This document shows positions 35,519 to 47,738 of a DNA stretch of 64,000 bases, in pieces (the first letter of the stretch is position 1; every line of letters starts with the position of its first letter). This stretch comes from Magallana gigas (taxonomy: Eukaryota). Location of the stretch: the NCBI RefSeq assembly GCF_963853765.1, contig NC_088855.1, positions 32,612,001-32,676,000 on the forward strand, given 5' to 3'. The notes under the pieces are model-generated. The model made no database searches. It saw only the letters and a list, made by a program, of their open reading frames with translations, and was not told where the DNA came from. The position numbers were made by a program, and so were the translations under genes.

Positions 35519-35676
35519 GATGTGACTGGATTTACAAATCCAATATGCAACATGTGCAACGTTAAATCCAGGTTTGTTCAATGCTTATAAAAACCACAAT
35601 AAAGTACTTTGCAAGAAAACTCTTTAGAGACTTTAATTTTCCGGAAATAATATTTCTGTCACGATTCAAAGATAAA
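35519..35676. promoter_or_regulatory. Putative ancestral bidirectional promoter of KLHDC4 and SRRD
   Basis: 158 bp between the KLHDC4 ATG (minus, 35518) and the left TSD copy of the SRRD ATG (35677, context gataaaATG); contains an ETS-like palindrome TTCCGGAA near 35639-35646. Promoter role is inferred. Confidence 0.55.
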
Positions 35677-35794
35677 ATGTATGGCACCAAAGTCAAGCTA
35701 CTCAGCAATAAGCTACTCAGCAATAACGAAATTTGTTTACATTTATCGACTATATAATCTGAATTTTCCGATCCCGATTGAAAAAAGTAATCAT

Positions 35795-37920
35795 AAACAG
35801 GGCGCCTAGCGCCCAAACTAGGACTTGTGACACCCAGAGGACACCGGATTCTTGGGGGCACGGGTGTCCCCCCGGGATTCCCGTCCCAAAAAGGGGCGAT
35901 ATTAACACCGATTTCTGGCGCCAGGGCGCTGAGTAGACCCTATCATTCTGTTTAATAGAGAGTCTAAACAGAGCGCCTAGCGCCCAAACTAGGACTTGTG
36001 ACACCCAGGTGACACCGGATGCTTGGGGGCACGGGTGTCCCCCGGGATTCCCGTCCCAAAAAGGGGCGATATTAACACCGATTTCTGGCGCCTGGGCGCT
36101 GAGTAGACCCTATCATTCTGTTTAATAGAGAGTCTAAACAGAGCGCCAAGCGCCCAAATTATGACTTGTGACACCCAGAGGACACCGGATTCTTGGGGGC
36201 ACGGGTGTTCCCCCGGGATTCCCGTCCCAAAATGGGGCGATTTTAACACCGATTCCTGGCGCCAGGGCGCTGAGTAGACCCTATCATTCTGTTTAATAGA
36301 GAGTCTAAACAGAGCGCCTAGCGCCCAAACTAGGACTTGTGACACCCAGAGGACACCAGATTCTTGGGGGCACGGGTGTCCCCCCGGGATTCCCGTCCCA
36401 AAAAAGGGGCGATATTAACACCGATTTCTGGCGCCAGGGCGCTGAGTAGACCCTATCATTCTGTTTAATAGAGAGTCTAAACAGAGCGCCTAGCGCCCAA
36501 ACTAGGATTTGTGACACCCAGAGGACACCGGATTCTTGGGGGCACGGGTGTCCCCCCGGGATTCCCGTCCCAAAAAGGGGCGATATTAACACCGATTTCT
36601 GGCGCCAGGGCGCTGAGTAGACCCTATCATTCTGTTTAATATAGAGTCTAAACAGAGCGCCTAGCGCCCAAACTAGGACTTGTGACACCCAGAGGACACC
36701 GGATTCTTGGGGGCACGGGTGTCCCCCCGGGATTCCCGTCCCAAAAAGGGGCGATATTAACACCGATTTCTGGCGCCAGGGCGCTGAGTAGACCCTATCA
36801 TTCTGTTTAATAGAGAGTCTAAACAGAGCGCCTAGCGCCCAAACTAGGACTTGTGACACCCAGAGGACACCGGATTCTTGGGGGCACGGGGGTCCCCCCG
36901 GGATTCCTGTCTCAGAAAAGGGCGATATTAACACCGATTTCTGGCGCCAGGGCGCTGAGTAGACCCTATCATACTGTTAAATAGGGAGTCTAAACAGAGC
37001 GCCTAGCGCCCAAACTAGGACTTGTGACACCCAGAGGACACCGGATTCTTGGGGGCACGGGGGTCCCCTCGGGATTCCCGTCCCAAAACGGGCAATATTA
37101 ACACCGATCTCTGGCGCCAGGGCGCTGAGTAGACCCTATCATTCTGTTTAATAGAGAGTCTAAACAGAGCGCCTAGCGCCCAAACTAGGACTTGTGACAC
37201 CCAGAGGACACCGGATTCTTGGGGGCACGGGTGTCCCCCGGGATTCCCGTCCCAAAAAGGGGCGATATTAACACCGATTTCTGGCGCCAGGGCGCTGAGT
37301 AGACCCTATCATTCTGTTTAATAGAGAGTCTAAACAGAGCGCCTAGCGCCCAAACTAGGACTTGTGACACCCAGAGGACACCGGATTCTTGGGGGCACGG
37401 GTGTCCCCCGGGATTCCCGTCCCAAAAAGGGGCGATATTAACACCGATTTCTGGCGCCAGGGCGCTGAGTAGACCCTATCATTCTGTTTAATAGAGAGTC
37501 TAAACAGAGCGCCTAGCGCCCAAACTAGGACATGTGACACCCAGAGGACACCGGATTCTTGGGGGCACGGGGGTCCCCCCGGGATCCCCGGTCCCAAAAC
37601 GGGCAATATTAACACCGATTTCTGGCGCCAGGGCGCTGAGTAGACCCTATCATACTGTTAAATAGGGAGTCTAAACTGAGCGCCTAGCGCCCAAACTAGG
37701 ACTTGTGACACCCAGAGGACACCGGATTCTTGGGGCATGGTTGTCCCCCTAAGATCCCCGGCCCTAAAAGTGTCAATATAATCAGCGATTTCTGGTGCCA
37801 GAAACAAGAAATCAAAGAAACAAGAAAACAAAACTGAGTTGACCTTATCATATTGTCAAATAGAGGGTGTAAACAGAGCGCCTAGCACCCAAAGCAGTTC
37901 GTATATCACTCAGATGACAC
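35795..37920. repeat. Left arm tandem array, about 12 units of 170-172 bp plus a degenerate inner unit
   Basis: aaacagagcgcctagcgcccaaactagg recurs at 35795, 35966, 36136, 36307 ... about 37673; units carry scattered variants. Confidence 0.95.
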
Positions 37921-40058
37921 CGGATGTACAGGGGCTTCTAGTCCCCAGGAGATTTCAGGGCACCTGTCGCTCAACCCTATTAAGCAGTTTAGGAAGTTTT
38001 TGCTCATAACGTAGTTTTGAAACAGATGCACGTCATTCACAAAATATTAATTATCTACTAATTCTTTCTTCTCAGGCGTAAAGTCTTTCGTGTTTGTAAA
38101 TGGGGACCAAATAAAACTCCCTGTATAACTCTCAGTCTATGTAACGTCTGATTTCTTGACGAGATATTTAAAAAAATAAGAAAAAGTTAAACATATTTTA
38201 GTAAAAGTGGTGGTATTTTTTAACTGTCCAATTAAATCATTACCAAAAAAAGGGATTCAACTAAAAAGGAAATTATTTTGCTTTACAAAACGTATTTAGT
38301 ATGTAGTTATTTTTGTAACAAAGGTGTTCGATGTGTTCTGTAGTGTTTTAAAATTCTGAAATTTATCTTGTTGACTTTTTTCAAACTATAACCTGTAAAG
38401 GAATATAATCTTTTATGCACGTATGATGATATACGGATGTGTTTATGCTGATATCGATGTACACATCTTTGTCAATAAGTCTGTGAGTGAATATTGTCAT
38501 ATAATGCAAAAACTTGACATTTTTCATTTCAAATATATGTTCATTAGAGGAATAACTGGTTTGTGGCAATTTTTTGACGCTTGTGTCAAAGAAGATGGGT
38601 ATATAAGGCGTGTAAACTGCCTATATTGGGATAAATAAGATACTTTTAAAGGTATATGTGGCGTATTTTTTCATGCTCAGAAATATTTGATTGATTGATT
38701 TATTTCAATATGTTATATAAAGATACATCTTCACAATAAATTACGCAGTTTATATCAATCAGGTTAAAAAGATATAGAAATTAACAAAAGAATTTTTTTT
38801 ACTATTTTCGCGTCCACAATACATGTAAATACAGCATTTGAATAAACCACGTGATACCACGCTCTGTCTATCACAACAACAATGGCGACGACGAGAAATA
38901 TAGGTATACCCGTAATACCGTTAAGTTTGACAGATTTGGCCAAGAAAAAACAAAGAGACAGACTAACAAGGATATGAACAAAGGGAAGATTGTCATCGGA
39001 GACCATGTAGATTGATGGAATAGGAATTAAATCCGAAATAACATAAGTTTTTATCATGTTGTAGGGGTTTTGCTAGTCAGGTTCGTACGTGCTCCATCTG
39101 TTCCATGTCTTTACTTTATAAGTTATGAACCAGTCCACAAGTGGATTTTCGTTTAGAGAAATTTTTGAATAAAGAATAAATAAACACTCTCAGTACATGC
39201 ATCCCTCAGGAGAGGGGGTACTGTATTCACTCATTTTACCGTGTCGTTGATGCTAAAATAGTGTTTCATCTTTATTAAACACAATTAGCAATTTATATCG
39301 TTCTACATTAATGAATTACGGAATAATAATGCTTCGGGTATCATCTGATATAAGAATTATCTAATTTAAGACATAAAAAACGTGATTCTAATTTGTAAAC
39401 AAACTGTTCTTCCATCGTGTTTTCAATACTAGGTTTTCCCGCACTCATGCGCAGTGGCGTTACAAATGGCCGATCACATTAATATTCACCAGACGTGTAG
39501 CAAAGTTTAGAGACAAACAACTTAAGAAAGAACATGTTTTACGGGCCTAGAGTTTGTGAAACGTCTAATTATAAGAAACATGATGTATATTTTTACTAAA
39601 ACTCATGTCAAAAATTTTACTCCAAATACGCCACATATAACTTTAAATTAAAATATGATAAAATATCATAAATTTTGTATAAATTATTGAAAACAATATG
39701 TATTTACCACAACATCGATTTATTACCTTTAAATGTGTTAAATATTTAGAATAGGTTGATTTAAACTGGCGTATGCGTGTCAAAACCTCCAAAAAGTGTC
39801 ATTTTTAGAACTTCAATGCCTTTTCTTTTATAGAGTGGATCTAGGCTACATATTTTTGTCATATAGTCGATATAAGGTTTAAAGGAAATCAAACCGATTT
39901 CAATCAATCAACAAAAACGTGGAGAGATGACCCACTTTACTTTAAAAATGTCATTTTATATCCCGACAATTGAACGATTTAAAGACATACCACAAGTCCG
40001 TAAATTCGTGGTTGAAATTGCATTTAGCATTTAACAATGAAGTTTGTTGTGATTGAAA

Positions 40059-40131
40059 TGGCTCAGTGGTTAGAGCACCAGACATTAGGTAACATTATAG
40101 AGCTAAGGTTTTTAGGTTGTGGGTTCGATAC
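40059..40131 (+). other. tRNA-derived pol III head (SINE-like or pseudo-tRNA), not a functional tRNA
   Basis: A-box-like TGGCTCAGTGGTTAGAGC and B-box-like GGGTTCGATAC; no acceptor-stem pairing. Confidence 0.45.
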
Positions 40132-40574
40132 ATGTACATGTACCAACAAAACTTTAGAATTTTTTTTATCGTTTGTTAAAATATTCAAAACTGAATATAG
40201 TTAGAGATTGTGCCTTTGTAAACTTGTAATATAACATCATCTACTATATTTGGTTGGAAAAAAAAATAATTTGAATTTTTTTTTACGACAAAACCAAATA
40301 GGCATTTGCGCAATCTTGTTCCCCCCATCTTCTTTGTTTCTTGTTTTTAAATTATCCAGCATTTTTTAACTTTGTACTAAGAACACATAATATGTCAGGG
40401 ACAATCCAGGATTTGTTAAAAGGGGCATAAGAAAAGCTTTGACACAAGTTCAAAATTGACCCGATAATTATTTTTCAACGTTAAATATTGAGACAAAAGG
40501 TGTTGAATAAAGACCCTAGTCCGTTGAAAACAGACCTGCAGCGTGGAATTTTGATTCTTGAAACCGGTGTTGTA

Positions 40575-40700
40575 GAGCAGTTTCTCCCCATAGTAGCCCC
40601 CCCCCCCTGGAAAACCTGCTATATCATGGAAAACCTGCTATATACCGTAGTAGCCTTTTCTCCTGGGGGGGGGGGGGGTACTATAAAGTAGTTGTCCCCA
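40575..40700. mobile_element. Small palindromic MITE-like remnant
   Basis: tagtagcccccccccc ... ggggggggggggtacta inverted homopolymer-tipped arms around a duplicated ggaaaacctgctata. Confidence 0.4.
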
Positions 40701-41634
40701 TAGGAGGGTTTCGCCTTCACTTTTTGGTTCAATTTTTATAAAAATTGTTAATGGAAACCCAGTAAAGATTAAAATCAATGTATAACACCCCCAGGATGCA
40801 TATACCTGTATTCATCAGTACATAATGATTTTCGTTTTGTCGATTTATTGGGTTTTTAGACGGGGTGACGTGACCCCGTCTATTGGTTTACTGTCAGCCG
40901 AAGTCTCAAACCGGAAGGCACGCGTAGAACACATGAATTGAGTCTACGCGTACGAAAATAGTGCAAAAAGTTTTTACGCATTTCAGTAAATATGTATTAT
41001 AAAACATGCATTAAATCTTTTTAAGTCCTCTGTGTATAAACAAAATTCTATTTAGAATATAAACAAATAGTTTTATTGATCAAATATTCTTGCTCGGGTT
41101 CAAATGTGGAATGAGTTACGTAACTGAATGCACAGCGCCGTTGACGATTCAGTTGGTGTACGAGCTCATTGATCAATAGAAGAGGTTGATGGTGGAATCA
41201 AAATTAAAGTTCCCAAACGCAATGTGCCATTTTTGAAAAGTTGTGAATTTTATTTTGACAATCTTTCACCTTAATACTACCAAACTTCATGCGCAAGCCG
41301 AAGTTAAAATCGGGATGGGTTAAACATAGATGTTTCACAAATTAAATAGGTGTTTCATTGGTTTCCAGTTTACTTGCGGTATGACTGCTGTTCGTCTCTA
41401 AAGGAATTTTGTACAAAGAAAATAAAAACAAGTCTGAATTTGCCTTCTCGTTCGCTGGCTCCTTAGATGATTAAACTGAATTTAAATTTTAAACAATGCA
41501 TTGTAAGCAAAATCTATAATAGATTATACATTTTGGAAGACTTATACATCATATAATATATACAATCTTATCGACTGAAGAACCAAGTTAAATGTTAATG
41601 TTCATGTTTTCCTGCTTAGTTGGAATCAGGCTTG

Positions 41635-41780
41635 GGGTGAATTACATTGTAAAATAATGCATTACATTACCATTACTTCATAAATTAGGGCATTAAATTA
41701 CCATTACCATTACTTAATATTCTTGAAGTAATGCATTACATTACCATTACATGAGTAAAGTAATGCATTACCATTACTTT
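41635..41780. repeat. CATTAC-motif simple repeat tract
   Basis: Repeated gtaatgcattacattaccattac / cattac motifs. Confidence 0.7.
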
Positions 41781-42702
41781 GTGAAAAGTCAATAAGTTGT
41801 AAAAAAGTAAAACTAAATAAAGAGTTTTTGTAAATATTTCATAAATAAAACATGCTTAAAATATTTACAGTTTCATGTTCACTATCAGGTTCAAATTTAA
41901 TGACTTATACAAGATTGCTGTTGCACTTGTAGTTCTCAAAGTAATGTTGGTCCCGTAACATTTACACGCTAATGGCGGAGTTGACAATCTCTGTTATGTA
42001 TGTCTCTGATTTTCGGAGTATGATTTTTAATGATTAAAATTTTCTACTTTGATATAGTTGTTTGATTTTCCCGGTTAGTAGTAATTTTTAAAAAATTTCC
42101 TTGGGGTCTTATTTTACATAATATATTACATTGTGTCAATTTTCTACAATTATGAAGGCCGGGATTGAGCAAAATTTAGACAAAGTATCAGACAATTGCA
42201 AAAAACCCGAATTAACATATATTGTAACAACTAATTCAAACTCATAAATTTTGGAAGCTTATTCGAGGAAATACAGGACAATTACAAATTTAAACTTTCA
42301 AGACCCCGTCTTTAAGTACTCTCAGTACTTTGATTTTATAGGATATGCTGAAACTTGAACAACTCATCATGGAACACATAGAACTTAATTTAGGTAATTA
42401 TGTCATTGTGTCGATACTGAAATAAAGCCCTACAGCTTGAACAGGATCGAATGATAGAATATTGTCAGTTATTCATTTATAGAACTAGCAATTGTTGTCA
42501 ATTGTCTAACTGACCCATCTACATTTTTCTCTAATCTATAAACCTACCTACTGCATTTTTTGCATAAAATGTCACCAATGCACACGTTCTTTTTGTAAAG
42601 AATTAATTGCATCTACTTTGCAGCACTTCTCCCACAATTGTACAATTTCCTATAGATGCCCTTTCTGGAAAGGCAAACGCAAAATTTTTGCAGGGCATGA
42701 TT

Positions 42703-44200
42703 TTTTAGCTCACCGAGACGAAGTCAAGGGGAGCTTATGCTTTACCCTCGGCGTCGGTGTCGGCGTCCGGACCTGGTTAAAGTTTTTGTTGCAGGTCCTG
42801 TATCTAAGCTATTACTTGTCCTATCTTCGCCAAACTTGCATAGATGATGCATCTGGACCTACTTATGGACTTGAAAGACTTGGATGCTGAATCTGAGTTC
42901 TAAATTTCAGATGCTGGAGGAGGTTAAGGTTGTTGGACCAGGTTAAAGTTTTTGTTGCAGGTGCCCTTTGATACCAATATCTAAGTTACTGCTGGTCTGT
43001 ACTTCACCAAACTTGCATGGATGGTGTGTCTTATAATACTGATGCACCAGACAGGCTTGAGTGCTGAATCTGAGCTATAGGTTTCGGATGCTGGAGGAGG
43101 TTAAGGTTTTTGGAGCAGGTTAAAGTTTTTGTTGCAGGTGCCCCTTGATAGCAAAATCTAAGTTATTACAGGTCCTAACTTCACTAAACTTGTATGGATG
43201 GTGTGTCTTATAATACTGATGCACCAGGCAGGCTTGAGTGCTGAATCTGAGCTATAGTTTTCAGATGCTTGAGGAGGTGTAGGTTTTTAGAGCTGGTTAA
43301 AGTATTTTTAGCAGGTGCCCTCTAATGATTATATCTTAGTTACTCCTGGTCCTAACTTCATCAAACTGGCGTGGATGGTTCGTCTTATGATACTGATGCT
43401 CCTGACAGGCTTGAATGCTGAATCTGAGCTATAGGTTTCGGATGCTGGAGGAAGTTAAGGTTTTAAGACCTGGTTAAAGTTTTTGAAACAGGTGCCCTCT
43501 GATGATTATATCTAAGTTATTACTTGTCCTAACTTCACCAGACTTCCATGAATGGTGCGTCTTATGATACTGATGCACCCGACAGGCTTGAATGCTGAGT
43601 CTGAGCCATAGGTTTCGGATGCTGGATAAGGTTAAGTTTTTTGGAACAGGTCACATGTTTAATAGATGACAGTACTATTTCAAACTTGCATAGTTGATTA
43701 AACTGTAATATGAATGAATTGCAGAGGTAGTTTCAGATGCAGAGCTTGATCTCGATTATCAAGGATGCTAAAAAATATATCTTAGTTATTACAGGTCCTA
43801 ACTTCACCAAACTTGGATGGATGGTGTGTCTTATGATACAGATGCACCTGACAGGCATGGATGCTGAATCTGAGCCATAGGTTGCGGATGCTGGAGGAGG
43901 TTAAGGTTTTAATTGGTAGTGCCCTCTGATGATGATCTCTTACTTATTTCTGGTCCGAACATCACCAAATGTGCATGGATGATGCGTCTTATGATACTGA
44001 TGCACCTGACAGGCTTGAATGCTGAATCTGAGCCATAGATTTCGGATGCTGGATGAGGTTTAGTTTTTTTGAACAGGTCACATGTTTTATAGATGATAGC
44101 TTGCATAGTTGATTTAACTATATAATAAATGAAACGAGATTGCTTCAGATGCAAAGCCTGATCTCAATTATCAAAGATGCTAAAGAAATATCCTACCTCA
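42703..44200 (+). mobile_element. Helentron-derived non-autonomous element (HINE-like) with internal 177 bp tandem array
   Basis: Starts ttttagctcaccgagacgaagtcaaggggagctta (subterminal inverted repeat), then cggcgtcggtgtcggcgtc microsatellite, then units marked by ggttaaagtttttgttgcagg at 42775, 42941, 43118, 43295, 43472 and further degenerate units. No 3' terminal hairpin found. Class assigned from known HINE/DINE-1 architecture. Confidence 0.7.
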
Positions 44201-44249
44201 CTCAAACCTGCTAAATAGATAGATTTGTTTGTTGATAAATGATATAACA

Positions 44250-45750
44250 TGATTCCTATAATATAGTATATTATATGAAACAATATTTTTTTAATATGAT
44301 ACAATATAGTATCATATGTTATATTATAAAAAGTTATATGATACGATGTGATATTGTATCAATTTTTTTGATATTTTATTATATGATATTGTATCATGAT
44401 ATTGTTATGTCTAGTATTGTATATTATGATGCAATATTGTATAATATTATATTGTATTATTAATTTGTTATTTTATCACATGATACTATTACATAAGATA
44501 TTACAAAATATAATATTGTATCCTATGATACAATATTGTATATTCTATAATATTGTATCATACGATATTGTATAATATGATATTGGTTTCTGTAATGTAG
44601 AATTATATCACATGAAATTGTATTGTATGATTTTGTAATATTATATTATATCGTATCATACGATATTGTTTAATATGATATCGGTTTATAAATAGGATAT
44701 ATTATCATATCACATGAAATTGTATTATATCATATTGTAATATATATTATTGTATCATATGATACAACAGGTATAATATAATATTGTATTGTATAATATT
44801 TTACTTATCACATAATATTGTATCATTTGATATGTTACAATGTTGTATCAAATTATATTGCATCATATGATACAATATCGTATTATGTATCAAAAATGAT
44901 ACAGTATCATACAATATCATACTATATTATACAATATAGTATCATATGGTTCAATGTTTTTATGTATTATGTAATATGATATTGTAATATAATACTATAT
45001 TGTATTATATATTATGTTATCACATGTTTATCTCAATATACGGTGGATATCACTCATGGGATGTTGATATTCCACTGTGTGTTCTTACGCCACGTGACGT
45101 CATAGTTAATCATTACGTAGGTTTAGACGGTTGATTGACGTAGAATGAAAAAGTAAATAATTACTTTAATTGAGGGGCGTTGAGATATAAATTTGAAACA
45201 TTTAATGTTGTTTCAGTTATTTGTCATGAATTCATAAAAGAATGTTCGAAAATGAATGTCTGTTTGTTAAACTTCAAGGAACTTTTTTTCCATGCGTAAC
45301 GTTGTTGACGTGTTGTAAATAATGCGTTGTCCGGCTCACAATCACAATTTTTACAGAAAAAGTTGGGATTAACAAAATACTTGGTAAAACATGTGATAAA
45401 AAGAATCTCTCATGATTTGCGATGGTATATGATTTTTATCCAACTCGTTGTGTGTTTTCTATCACACACAACTCGTTGGATAAAAATCATATACCATCGC
45501 AAATCATGAGAGATCCTATATATATTGTATTATTTGATCAAATACAATAATGTATAACACAATACAATATCATATCATACGTTACAATATCATATCTTAT
45601 CATTGTTTATTTCGGTATTTTATTGTATTATATGATATATATTGTAAATATGATAGGATGCAATATTTAATTTTATATTATTGTATTGATTAACATATGA
45701 ACGTTTGATTATCATACAATTTTTTAACACATGATATATGATATTGTGTC
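44250..45750. repeat. AT-rich low-complexity tract (tattgtatcatatgatacaata-type) interrupted by an insertion at about 45030-45516
   Basis: Repeated tattgta / tatgata / atcatat motifs on both sides of a higher-complexity segment ending in a long hairpin. Confidence 0.7.
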
Positions 45751-47738
45751 AAAACAGAATCCATGAATATCCAAGATCGTAAAGTATGATTTTCATTTAA
45801 TATGATGAAGGTGGTCTCATAGAAGGGTGATGTCTCAACTCTTTGCTTTGTAATCTGTGATTACCTATGTTTTTACGTGGCACTTGTTTCAGGTAACACA
45901 GAGTTAATGATTCTTGTATTCAAACAAAGCGTGCTTAAACTAAGGTATAGTTACGGTTGAGTGCTTTCTTTTTCGCTATGTTTAGTGATTTTTAATTTTT
46001 TTAAACATATATCTTTAGATGGTCAACAAAATAACCCTCAGATCTTCCAAAGATTTTAAAATATGATTTATCTACTAGCTATAAATAATAATTTAGAAAA
46101 ATTCATGCATGCATCCTTTTAAATTTGAGTATTTCCCTATATTATATAGAGTTCTTCCTCCAAAGGAGATCAAAACAGTCTAAAAATGGCCACGACCATC
46201 GAACCCTCTTAATAAAAACAATTCTTCTATTGGTTTATATGGTTACATGAACTAAATGTACGATTCTGTCAAGGAATATCCCCTTTCTTATAATTGACCA
46301 AGTGTGTAAATACAAAATTTACAATACTTCATTATTTTTATTTTTATTTTATATTAACACGTACCCAGTGAATGGAAACTCTCAGAATTATTGTACATTT
46401 TTCTGATGTGTGTAAATACAAAATTAACTGTTGTATTTGATATTGTGAATTGTGTTCTTACACCCAATAAACTGTATATTTAAAAATTGTCATTATGATA
46501 TTCATCTGAGTAAATTTACAGCAAAATAAACGGATTTCGTATACATTAGTTTTGAAACAAGCTGCATGTACACTTTCATGCACACTCATTCCTTTACAAT
46601 GCTACATGTATAGTACATGTAACTATCAATATTCATCTTATAAATCGGTATTTTTTGGTAGTTTAAAGTACTATATAAAACGTTTACATGTTACATGTAT
46701 ATACTATAAACATGTATGATGAACAAGATTGAAAAAATACCCGGTTTTTTCTATAAATAAAAATTAAAAATTATGCATTAAAGAATATAAACATGAAGCA
46801 ACTTAATTGTAGTACAGTTTGACGATCATGCAATTTTTCTTCAATTTAATTTATTAAATAAGTTTTTCTCAAGCAAACAGATGATTACATGCGTAAGGGT
46901 AGGTATTATGTGCAGTCCCTTCTTGTAGAGTTTTCAGAGTTTGAAAAATTTCGTCAATGAAATTGTTATATTAAGTGCTTCAGAATGTCAGACATCCCTT
47001 TGACATAACCACGAAAAAGTGTCTGAGAGTTTTAATTATATGTTTATTTATTTTTATTACGTAAAACAAGTTCCAGTTCAAAGACAGTTCAAACCTTTGT
47101 AATTGGGGTCAATTCTCAACAAGATTTTCAATGGACGCAGGTCATCAGAGATAAGAAAGAAATTCAAGCTGTTAAAATTAAATCCCGGGTATAATATTCT
47201 TGTCTTTTGGATTGAAAAATTTTGATATCCACTGTGCAAGTAAATTCTAAAAAAAATTACACTACTTAACACGCTAAAATAAATCGTATCATTTAAATCA
47301 ATTTACAGTATTAACAATAGAATTAAACCATTTTACTTATTTATTTGGGAAAAATTAATTTAATTAAAATAAAACCTTTCGATTAATTTGTTATTTTGAT
47401 TCATTAATATTTGTCTTGAAAATGAATAAGTGCATTAAAATTTAACCATCTAAAAAATAACAAAATATATATTAAAGGTCTCCAAAATGATCACGAAACA
47501 TTCAATTAAAAATGCAATGCATCACCGTCAGAAGCAGGAAAACCCCGATCTAAAAATAGAATCGGTAGGACAACAAAATAGTCCGTTAAAATGAAAAACA
47601 CAAATCTATGCAATCAAATAACAAAATTCACAAAATATCATTAATTCTATATATCAAAATATCTTTCATTAAATATAAAACGAAATAATTATGAACCTAT
47701 CGTAACAAATCAGAAGGACTATATTAATCTCACGCCTA

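Noticed and set aside
35750-37615. Overlapping minus-strand ORFs (MSQVLVWALGALFRLSIKQ...)
   Set aside because: Translations of the 171 bp satellite; frames shift with unit indels and the right array gives no listed ORFs.
40059-40131. Functional tRNA gene
   Set aside because: No acceptor stem or recognisable anticodon arm; kept only as a tRNA-derived head.
37920-47738. Autonomous transposase inside the foldback
   Set aside because: No ORF over about 100 aa and no DDE, zinc-finger or helicase motifs visible; a highly spliced or decayed gene cannot be fully excluded.
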